Of a stretch of DNA of 10,175 nt, positions 1 through 7,042 are shown piece by piece; positions within the stretch are counted from its first letter, which is position 1; each line of letters starts with the position of its first letter. Both the position numbers and the translations under genes were made by a program. Under the pieces are notes generated by a model, which made no database searches, was not told where the DNA came from, and was given only the letters and a program-made list of their open reading frames with translations. Origin of the DNA: Synechococcus sp. (GTDB lineage Bacteria > Cyanobacteriota > Cyanobacteriia > Thermostichales > PCC-7336); the NCBI GenBank assembly GCA_051439425.1, contig JBFRWD010000007.1, positions 1 through 10,175 of the forward strand, read 5' to 3'.

Positions 1-91
1 GCTTTTCGCCATGCTACATCGTGTGTTTGGCTGTGCAGAATTAAATCATTAAGTATTCGAATCTACTCATCCGCGATGCCGGATTGAGGTG

Positions 92-643
92 TCAGATTGA
101 ATCCATCTGCGCAGTGTTTAGAGCAAAGCAACCTGTTGGTGAATTTTGGGTGAGATAGTGCACGATGTCGCTGACTATGTCTGCTTGCGCCCGACTGATA
201 TCGATCGTGAGTGCGTGTTCGTTTCCCTCCCTCGGTTCTTCTAAGTCTGCGAATTGGCTATCCAGAAGATCGACAGTTGCAAAATGATGCTGGCGACGCT
301 TCAGGCGCTCGCGAATCAATTCAGGCGTGCCCTGTAAGTAGACGAGCTGGGCTTTCGGACATTTACCAATCAAGTGGTGTCGGTATCTGCGCTTCAGTGC
401 CGAGCAGGCGAGAATCATCGATCTTTCATCAGTGACATAACTGTTCACGAGCTGGCGTAATGACTCTAGCCAAGGGATGCGATCGCTATCTGTCAGTGGC
501 TCATTGCCTGAGATTTTGGCGATATTGATGGGTGAATGGTAGTCATCGGCATCGTAGAAATCCCACTGCAGCTTTCTTGCTATTGCGCGGCCAACGGTTG
601 TCTTGCCGCTGCCTGATACCCCCATCAAAATTACGATTGGCAT
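92..643 (-). CDS. gntK: Gluconokinase (GntK/IdnK type)
   Basis: 183 aa. N-terminal P-loop MGVSGSGKTT, DADDYH motif, PLTDSDRIPWL, ILACSALKRRYR and LLDSQFADLEEP are all typical of thermoresistant gluconokinases. Confidence 0.92.
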   Translation of the reverse strand: MPIVILMGVSGSGKTTVGRAIARKLQWDFYDADDYHSPINIAKISGNEPLTDSDRIPWLESLRQLVNSYVTDERSMILACSALKRRYRHHLIGKCPKAQLVYLQGTPELIRERLKRRQHHFATVDLLDSQFADLEEPREGNEHALTIDISRAQADIVSDIVHYLTQNSPTGCFALNTAQMDSI

Positions 644-714
644 ATGGTCGGATTAGCAACTGCTTGAGAAGAGATCGGGTTGGGAAGCGTGCCATTGGGG
701 CAGGGAGCTGAGAC

Positions 715-1173
715 CTACTGAAGTGACAGCCGAAAGTGAACGAATTGCTCGTCACGGACATATCCGAGCGAGTGGTAGAGGGACTGAGCGGGTTCATTGG
801 TGACCTCTGTGGCCAGAACCAAAGCTGCGACTCCAGACGAACGTCCCAAGCGACTCGCCGCGTCCATAAGTGCACGTGCTACCCCTTGACGCCGATAGTC
901 GGGATAAACGAACAAATCGTTCAAAATCCAGATGGGCTGCATTCCCACGGATGAAAATGACGGATATAGCTGCGTGAACCCCATGCAGACATTGTCTGAG
1001 TTACGGGCAACCATGATTCGAGAGGTGTTCTGTGCGAGGCGATCGCGAATAAATGCTAGAGCTCCATCGAGATCGGCTGGCTGACGGTAAAACTGGCGAT
1101 ACGCATCAAACGCGCCACTCACATCGGATACATCAGCGACCGTCGCGATTGAAATTTGGCAGTCAGGTGTCAT
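715..1173 (-). CDS. GNAT family N-acetyltransferase
   Basis: Motifs FDAYRQFY, GFTQLYPSFSSV, WILNDLFV..YRRQGVARALM (acetyl-CoA motif A) and N..AQSLY..LGY. Start moved from the ORF-track 1347 to the ATG at 1173 (MTPDCQ..., 152 aa), which is preceded by a GGGGAG RBS-like sequence. Confidence 0.88.
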   Translation of the reverse strand: MTPDCQISIATVADVSDVSGAFDAYRQFYRQPADLDGALAFIRDRLAQNTSRIMVARNSDNVCMGFTQLYPSFSSVGMQPIWILNDLFVYPDYRRQGVARALMDAASRLGRSSGVAALVLATEVTNEPAQSLYHSLGYVRDEQFVHFRLSLQ

Positions 1174-1523
1174 GCAGAGACTCCCCCATAGGATGCGGAC
1201 GAACCATCGGGATGAGAGATGTGTCTCGGCGATCGTAAACGCTAATACCGAAAGTGTTCGACTGAAAAGCCTATCGTTTTGCGGATAAATGTTACGCGAT
1301 CGGAGAAACTGTCGCATTGTCTCCAATTGATACGCTAAATGCCCCAAAGGATAGATTGCTGCGAGGTCGGTATTGGATGAGACGACTTGTGATCGATCCT
1401 AGATTGAAGAGATCTCGTAAGGAATTCTTGCAATAAGTGGTGGAGACCCTCAAGGAATTCGTGGTGTCCAGCACAATGGTTACCAATTAGCCTGCAAGGC
1501 AAAAGAGTGTAGAGGAGTGGTGA

Positions 1524-2417
1524 ATGGCTCGTCGGTATAGAGCCGTGCGGCGTGCAATTGTCATGGGGGTGGGGGTGCTCTTAGCCGTGGCAACCTATGC
1601 GATCGCTTTAGAACCTAACTGGCTGGACATTAGGACGCTAGATTTGGCGCTTCCCCATTTAGAATCTGAGTTTCAAGGATATCGGATTGTCCAAATTAGC
1701 GATATACACCTGGCTGATGGTGGACTGGATGGAATGTCGGTTAAACGGCTGCATCGATTTGTCACAGCTGTGAATCGCCTTTCTCCAGATCTCATAGCCA
1801 TTACAGGGGATTTTTTCACGGTTACCCCCTCTCCATATGCGGATGAGCTTGCAGGTGAACTAGGGCGATTACAAGCGCGAGATCGGGTCGTCGCTGTGTT
1901 GGGGAATCACGATCACTGGATCGATCCGCAGAATGTTCGCGATGCTCTCAGTGCCGCTGGAGTACTAGAACTGAGCAACGAAGTCTATACCTTGGACCGC
2001 TACGGGCAACAGTTAACCATTGCTGGTGTTGATGATGTTTGGCAGCAGGCAGCTGATTTACAGCACGTTTTAACGTTGTTGCCAGCTACCGGAGCAAATA
2101 TCTTGCTGGCCCACGAACCTGATTTTGCCGACGTCAGCGCCCAAACGAATCGATTCGATTTGCAACTCTCCGGCCACTCTCATGGCGGGCAAATTCGCGT
2201 ACCGTTTATCCCTCCATTGAAGTTACCGTATTTGGCGGTGAAGTACCCTCAGGGACTGTATCGGGTGGGCGATATGCTGGAGTACACCAATGTTGGAATT
2301 GGCACCATTGGATTGCCTGCCAGGTTATTTTGCCGCCCTGAAGTGACAGTATTTACCCTGAAAACAGATATTGAAATCAGTGCTGCCTGGCCATCACAAC
2401 TCTCGGGAGAATGCTGA
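1524..2417 (+). CDS. Metallophosphoesterase (calcineurin-like, YkuE/YaeI type) with N-terminal hydrophobic anchor
   Basis: All five MPP motifs present: QISDIH, ITGDF, GNHDH, LAHEP, SGHSHGGQ. C-terminal PARLFCRPEV. GAGGAG RBS at 1512-1517. Confidence 0.92.
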   Translation: MARRYRAVRRAIVMGVGVLLAVATYAIALEPNWLDIRTLDLALPHLESEFQGYRIVQISDIHLADGGLDGMSVKRLHRFVTAVNRLSPDLIAITGDFFTVTPSPYADELAGELGRLQARDRVVAVLGNHDHWIDPQNVRDALSAAGVLELSNEVYTLDRYGQQLTIAGVDDVWQQAADLQHVLTLLPATGANILLAHEPDFADVSAQTNRFDLQLSGHSHGGQIRVPFIPPLKLPYLAVKYPQGLYRVGDMLEYTNVGIGTIGLPARLFCRPEVTVFTLKTDIEISAAWPSQLSGEC

Positions 2418-2590
2418 GGAATACAGTATTTATTCCTATGAGATTTGTATTTTCGTAGTAAAAATCAGCTATAGATTTTGTCAGATTCAGTTGATAAATT
2501 GCCACTGAATAAAACAGGCAAATGCTATATATCGTGAGCCCCAGCTATTTTGTCTCTCCTTTAATTAAAGTATTAATTCTTTATTACGGA

Positions 2591-2619
2591 TTGCCAGGAC
2601 TAGATTTGGCGGATATAAG
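2591..2619 (+). promoter_or_regulatory. Candidate sigma70-type promoter for the HU gene
   Basis: TTGCCA (2591-2596), 17-bp spacer, TATAAG (2614-2619), in an AT-rich intergenic region about 36 nt before the likely start. Confidence 0.45.
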
Positions 2620-2655
2620 CATAAACAAGTCTAGTCATAAATGGAGACTGGTGTG

Positions 2656-2940
2656 ATGAACAAAGGTCAATTAGTCGATATGGTTGCGAAAGAACACAAC
2701 CTAACGAAAAAAGAAACTGACGCTATCCTAAGCGCCACGCTAGACATCATCAAAGATACGGTGGCGGGTGGCGATCGCGTAACTTTAGTTGGGTTTGGGT
2801 CCTTTGAATTACGCCAGCGGCAGGAGCGCATGGGGCGTAACCCAAAAACTGGAGAGAAGCTGGTTATACCTGCGACACAAGTTCCGGCGTTCTCTGCAGG
2901 CAAGAGCTTTAAGTCCAAGGTGGCGGAGCGAGTTCACTAG
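2656..2940 (+). CDS. hup: HU family histone-like DNA-binding protein
   Basis: MNKGQLVD..., VTLVGFGSFE, R.GRNPKTGE and VPAFSAGK signature. Start placed at ATG 2656 because GGAGA (2643-2647) is well spaced as an RBS. 94 aa. Confidence 0.95.
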   Translation: MNKGQLVDMVAKEHNLTKKETDAILSATLDIIKDTVAGGDRVTLVGFGSFELRQRQERMGRNPKTGEKLVIPATQVPAFSAGKSFKSKVAERVH

Positions 2941-3062
2941 TTACTTGGGAGAATCTTACCGGTGTAGGGAGCTGCAAGCGGTCTGGTTATTGCCGGTTTT
3001 GCGACATGATTGGGCATGCCATACCATTACGGCTCCTTACCTTTATTGCAGCACTCAGAATT

Positions 3063-3101
3063 AAAACCGCAGCGAAAGTCAGGGGCTTCCGCTGCGGTTT
3101 T
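3063..3101. terminator. Bidirectional intrinsic terminator between convergent genes
   Basis: Perfect 12-bp inverted repeat AAAACCGCAGCG (3063-3074) / CGCTGCGGTTTT (3090-3101), with further imperfect internal pairing and A/T tracts on both sides. It lies between hup (+) and the 3124-3522 gene (-). Confidence 0.85.
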
Positions 3102-3123
3102 GAAAGTAAAGAGAACTTAATGC

Positions 3124-3522
3124 TTAGCGAATTCCACTCTCTGAGCTGGTGCTGCGGAGACCTTCTAGGCGCTCGGTGATTTTTTCACGGCGCATGCTAT
3201 TGAGTTCCTCAAGCTCCGCTTCAATCATCGCCATCATCTCGGCGGACATCTCGGCAATTGCCGGATCGTCCGACATCATGCCAACCATAGCAGTTTCGGC
3301 CATTGACATCAGCTCAGAGATCATGGTGTCAATGACTGCGATATCGAAATCAGCAGGATTGATACCATTCTCGGACGATGAACCTGCTGCCTCAAGCATA
3401 TTGAGGCGATCGATAATTCCCTCGGCTTCAGCGGATTGGATGCCGGCCAAACCCGTTACAGCCGCGGCTGTAACGGCTAACGCTCCAAAACCCATGCGGC
3501 GAACAAACATTTTGATGCTCAT
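3124..3522 (-). CDS. Small exported Met-rich protein resembling a single divergent DUF305/CopM-like repeat
   Basis: ATG at 3522 is 5 nt after a GAGGAG RBS. 132 aa, with a basic N-terminus, hydrophobic Ala-rich core and AEA|E signal-peptidase-like site. The mature part is acidic and helical, with 12 Met and no His or Cys. The DUF305 resemblance is by eye only. Confidence 0.7.
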   Translation of the reverse strand: MSIKMFVRRMGFGALAVTAAAVTGLAGIQSAEAEGIIDRLNMLEAAGSSSENGINPADFDIAVIDTMISELMSMAETAMVGMMSDDPAIAEMSAEMMAMIEAELEELNSMRREKITERLEGLRSTSSESGIR

Positions 3523-3619
3523 ATACACTCCTCAAGATATCGATGTGTCACTCTTGTGACTATTCAGATAGTACTAAACTAATACATATTATGATATACA
3601 AATCTCTCAATGCAAAGAA

Positions 3620-3634
3620 ATAACCTCAATCATA
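3620..3634. promoter_or_regulatory. Candidate Crp/Fnr-type operator (copy 3) upstream of the Met-rich gene
   Basis: ATAAC-CTCA-ATCAT-A, one mismatch to ATGAY-N4-RTCAT. A minus-strand -10-like TATCAT at 3596-3591 puts the site centre at about -42.5. Confidence 0.5.
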
Positions 3635-3703
3635 TCTTTTGATTGTGCTGTGAATATTAAAAAAATAAGTTGTTTTGTGTGCTTGGAGGCAGCCAAGCTC
3701 TTG

Positions 3704-4510
3704 TCAATGTGATGGATGAACTTGATTGTTTGCATGAGAAGTCTCCTCTCTCATAACGTATCCGATGTTGCGAACCGTGTGAATGAGAGGTTGGGCAGAA
3801 GCCCGTTTCAGCTTTCGCCGTAAACAGCTAATGTAAACCTCAATCAGGTTTGACTCTCCAATGAAGTCATATCCCCAGACATTTCTAATAATCTGATCGC
3901 GGGTCATGACTTGCTGTTTGTGTGACATTAAGCACTTCAGTAAATTGAATTCCTTCGCTGTTAGTTGCACCTCGCGATCGCTGCAGTAGACTTGCCGAGT
4001 TTTGCTGTTGAGGACAACATTTCCACACCTAAAAACGGGCTCATGTGAGTGAGGGCGATGTTTGATGTGAACCCGCACTCTTGCCAGTACTTCTTCCCAT
4101 CGATAGGGTTTTGCTACACAGCTGAGTGCTCCTGCATTGAGTCCCGTGATTCGTTGATATACACAGTCTTGATCGGTTAGCAATACGATTGGTAAGTCAG
4201 GTTTAGTTGCCGATATCTCGTGACATAGATCGACTCCACAGCTTTGTTCGGTTGTCCAATCAACAATGGCTAAGCTAGGGTGGAGTGAAAACAGTAATTT
4301 TATATCAACTAAACCACTAGAAATATACATCAACTGGTAGCCTGAAATTTGTAGTTTTTGGGCTAGTGATGGTTGTTGTCCAATCACAAGAATTAAATGC
4401 TCTTTATTTGAGCTTTCTTGATAGTGAAATCTATATATTGGATGATGCTTGGAAATCGTATATTGAGGTGTGATTATAGGGCTTTTGATTTTGAAATTGG
4501 ACTGCTGCAT
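3704..4510 (-). CDS. OmpR/PhoB-family response regulator with atypical receiver domain
   Basis: Clear winged-helix domain (LTAKEFNLL..LM....QVMTRDQI..NVWGYDFIGESNLIEVYI..LRRKL....LIHTVRNIGY). The receiver keeps IVDW, LLT and KPY but lacks the acidic pocket. The start codon is uncertain (about 38-aa N-terminal extension). Confidence 0.88.
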   Translation of the reverse strand: MQQSNFKIKSPIITPQYTISKHHPIYRFHYQESSNKEHLILVIGQQPSLAQKLQISGYQLMYISSGLVDIKLLFSLHPSLAIVDWTTEQSCGVDLCHEISATKPDLPIVLLTDQDCVYQRITGLNAGALSCVAKPYRWEEVLARVRVHIKHRPHSHEPVFRCGNVVLNSKTRQVYCSDREVQLTAKEFNLLKCLMSHKQQVMTRDQIIRNVWGYDFIGESNLIEVYISCLRRKLKRASAQPLIHTVRNIGYVMREETSHANNQVHPSH

Positions 4511-4760
4511 GAGATTCCGAGCATGACATTATAGTGCTTGAAGATCGAACAATTATTCATGGTGTGAAAAATAATGCTTCTTACGCAAGACTTTTTTTGG
4601 AAATAGATAATCTAGGCATGAGTTAATTGGAATGAATTGGCTAGCACTGATTTCCTGCGAAGGTAGTTAGTGCTTAAGTTATGGTATAGAGGGAATGAAG
4701 CCTCGGGTCTACTCTCGTCCGTGAATACCGAACAATATGCAGTTGATATTTTTAAATGGC

Positions 4761-4775
4761 TATGATTTCGGTCAT
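4761..4775. promoter_or_regulatory. Candidate Crp/Fnr-type operator (copy 2) overlapping the Crp/Fnr gene stop codon
   Basis: T-ATGAT-TTCG-GTCAT, 14/15 identical to 5475-5489. A minus-strand -10-like TATTGT at 4737-4732 faces the response regulator gene. Confidence 0.6.
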
Positions 4776-5389
4776 GTTTCCGTCTTCAGTAGTTGGATCG
4801 ATCGCTTGTCACGATTGATTTGTCCCTCTTTTTCGAGTTGGGATAATGTACGGTACAAAACTTCTGGCGCTAACCCCAATTCGTTGGCGATATCTTTTAG
4901 CGGGCGATCGATCTGAATGATTCGGCTTGTTGGATTGCTGACTAAGTGGAGATACCGCATAATTCGGCTACTCGCAGAGCGCGTCCCTCTGAGCTCTAAA
5001 TTATCTTTCAACCCAAAAACCAACTCGCTTAATCGTCGTGCAAATAGCATTAGAAGTCGCGGGTTATCTTGCACAATCGTGAGTAATCGCTCTTTGGGGT
5101 AAACCGTGACAGTTGTTCTCGTTTCTGCAATTCCTGTACAGCTGTAGCGTTCGATAAATACTGCTTCTGTGGCAACGCTTTCGCCTTCTCTTGAGACTTG
5201 CATCGTTACATCCGAGCCGTCAGTGGTGTAGCGAACCGCTTTGACTCGACCAGACTCAACGATATAGAAAGCGGCTGCACGCTCGCCTTGCCTAAACAAG
5301 ACTTCGTTAGATTCAAAGGTTTTGGTTGATGTGGATTCGCGCAACGTAGCTGGTAAGGAGTCTTGTGAGAAGTAGGTAGATAGATTCAT
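4772..5389 (-). CDS. Crp/Fnr family transcriptional regulator
   Basis: 205 aa. N-terminal cNMP-type beta-roll (LFRQGE....FYIVESGRVK...DG), dimerisation helix, and C-terminal HTH (LKDIANELGLAPEVLYRTLSQLEKEGQI). Confidence 0.92.
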   Translation of the reverse strand: MNLSTYFSQDSLPATLRESTSTKTFESNEVLFRQGERAAAFYIVESGRVKAVRYTTDGSDVTMQVSREGESVATEAVFIERYSCTGIAETRTTVTVYPKERLLTIVQDNPRLLMLFARRLSELVFGLKDNLELRGTRSASSRIMRYLHLVSNPTSRIIQIDRPLKDIANELGLAPEVLYRTLSQLEKEGQINRDKRSIQLLKTET

Positions 5390-5474
5390 TGCTGTAGCAG
5401 CGTCCTGGGATCGCGTTAAGCGATCGCCCTGATGTGTTGCTGCCAGTACACCAGGCTCACCTGAACCCTCTCTA

Positions 5475-5489
5475 TATGATTTCAGTCAT
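5475..5489. promoter_or_regulatory. Candidate Crp/Fnr-type operator (copy 1) upstream of the Crp/Fnr gene
   Basis: T-ATGAT-TTCA-GTCAT palindrome, overlapping a minus-strand -10-like TAGAAT (5493-5488). Confidence 0.6.
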
Positions 5490-5554
5490 TCTAATAAACA
5501 AACTTTGAGTGATACTTCAGGCACCTCTCAATGGATTCTCAGAGTTTGTGCGTA

Positions 5555-6958
5555 TCAACTCCCTTGAATACTGTCTGATGCGTGAGCTGGACGCGCCTGA
5601 GGGGAGTCGGTAGGTGGGATTAACTGAGTGGAGATTAATGCCACACTGAACCACCACAGCATTTGTACTTGCGGGCGGTACCAAACCGTATCGACTAGCC
5701 CGTGTACCATCATGCCTGCGCATGCCGATACTCCTGCGGCAATCCATAACGCTTGAGATTGCCTTGGCACGAGCATTTGGACCCAACGACGCAGTCCGTG
5801 GAGTGCCATGACTATGACAAACCACGCATAGCTGAAGGCCCCAATGATTCCGGTTTCAACGGCCAATTCTAGGGGCACTGAGTAAGCACCCAGGGCACTG
5901 TAGTTGGGATGCTGATACAGGGGATACACCCGATTAAAGGCATCGTTCCCCGGGCCAATACCCAAGATTGGGAAATCGTGAATCATGTCTAGACCAGCTG
6001 TCCAGACATTAATGCGGAAGTTGTTGCTGCTATCCTCGCGACCGGCAAAAATACTCAGAACCCTGATTTGTACGGGCTCCACAAATAGAACTGCTAATGC
6101 AAGGGCAGTTACACCAGCCCCCAACACCATGGGCAAGGCCCATTTCTGAAACTTCACCGGCAGAATTGTTTGATTCCACTGCACCAGCAGGAGTCCCAAC
6201 ATAACTAGTGCTCCCAATAGTCCCAGCCAGCCCCCTCTGCTGAGGGTATTAATCAAACACAGCATGTTGAGTCCGGTGGCAATTACGGCGAATACCTTGC
6301 TGCCCCATCCCGACCACACCCAAGCGGCGATCGCCCCAATCGGAATGATGGGAATTAGATATCCAGCCAATAAATTAGGGTTACGTAAATAGCTATAGAC
6401 TCGTGTGGCGTCTGCTAATGGTGAATTGGGGTCGGTCCACGTAGCCAGTTCCTCCGCGCCGTAAAATGCTTGGCGCATGCCGTAAATCGATACCCATACT
6501 GCCGTTAGTAATAGTGCGGCTACCAACCAATTGCGGTAGCGCGGATTGAGCATGATGCGGTGCAGCAGCAGAAATCCTAATAGATAGAGGGTCAGCTTCA
6601 TCCACCCTTCGATTGCAAGTGTGCCAACTGGTGACAGTGCTGTGGCCAGTGTGGCGATTCCCCAATAGATGCCTAATGGCAGATGAATCGGGGATGGGAC
6701 GGGCGGACAGAGAAGCCACTGCACTAGGGTCAATGCCCCCATGACAAGCAACACAAGTCCCAATGGGCCGGTGGCTGCCTGCGAAGATAGGACGATGTAG
6801 AGAGTAGTCATCCCTACACTGATGGGAAGCAAACACCGCCCGATCCAGCTGGCTTCTCCCCATTGCTGCAAGCGCCCTGATAGTCGACCAATACTGCTAC
6901 CTTGCCACCACTGCAGTGCCGGATAGCGCCACAGGAATAAGGGATTGAGAAAGGACAT
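5555..6958 (-). CDS. ictB: IctB family membrane protein (O-antigen ligase/Wzy_C-like, historically 'putative bicarbonate transporter')
   Basis: Polytopic membrane protein with IctB hallmarks LATWTDP, RVYSYL.NPNLLAGYL, SRGGWLG, SIFAGREDSSNNFRINVW, LGIGPGN.AFN..YPLYQ and HGLVDTVWYRPQV. Start placed at ATG 6958 (MSFLNP...). Confidence 0.93.
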   Translation of the reverse strand: MSFLNPLFLWRYPALQWWQGSSIGRLSGRLQQWGEASWIGRCLLPISVGMTTLYIVLSSQAATGPLGLVLLVMGALTLVQWLLCPPVPSPIHLPLGIYWGIATLATALSPVGTLAIEGWMKLTLYLLGFLLLHRIMLNPRYRNWLVAALLLTAVWVSIYGMRQAFYGAEELATWTDPNSPLADATRVYSYLRNPNLLAGYLIPIIPIGAIAAWVWSGWGSKVFAVIATGLNMLCLINTLSRGGWLGLLGALVMLGLLLVQWNQTILPVKFQKWALPMVLGAGVTALALAVLFVEPVQIRVLSIFAGREDSSNNFRINVWTAGLDMIHDFPILGIGPGNDAFNRVYPLYQHPNYSALGAYSVPLELAVETGIIGAFSYAWFVIVMALHGLRRWVQMLVPRQSQALWIAAGVSACAGMMVHGLVDTVWYRPQVQMLWWFSVALISTQLIPPTDSPQARPAHASDSIQGS

Positions 6959-7042
6959 TCGCTCACCATAACCCACCCCCAAAGCCTATCTCGGCTGGGA
7001 TAGAAACTCCACTGGTTTTCCGCAGGCTTACAGGCACCTGAG

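Noticed and set aside
1174..1347. 58-aa N-terminal extension of the GNAT ORF
   Set aside because: No domain-like character. The ATG at 1173 has an RBS and gives a typical GNAT length.
3490..3501. Twin-arginine (Tat) signal in the Met-rich protein
   Set aside because: VRRMGF fits the S/T-R-R-x-F-L-K consensus poorly. Sec export is equally plausible, so no pathway is assigned.
3149..3559. 136-aa plus-strand ORF
   Set aside because: Antisense shadow of the Met-rich gene, with a Ser/Ile-rich composition that mirrors its codons. The minus-strand ORF has the RBS and signal peptide.
3547..3560. Inverted repeat GTCAC-TCTT-GTGAC in the leader of the Met-rich gene
   Set aside because: Half-sites are in the opposite order to a Crp-type box, and 5-bp arms are common by chance.
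3571..3585. NtcA-like GTA...TAC site
   Set aside because: Spacing is N9 (GTACTAAACTAATAC), not the required N8.
3704..4510. Naming the response regulator nblR or copR
   Set aside because: Similarity is limited to general OmpR-subfamily features and there is no adjacent kinase, so orthology is not supportable by eye.
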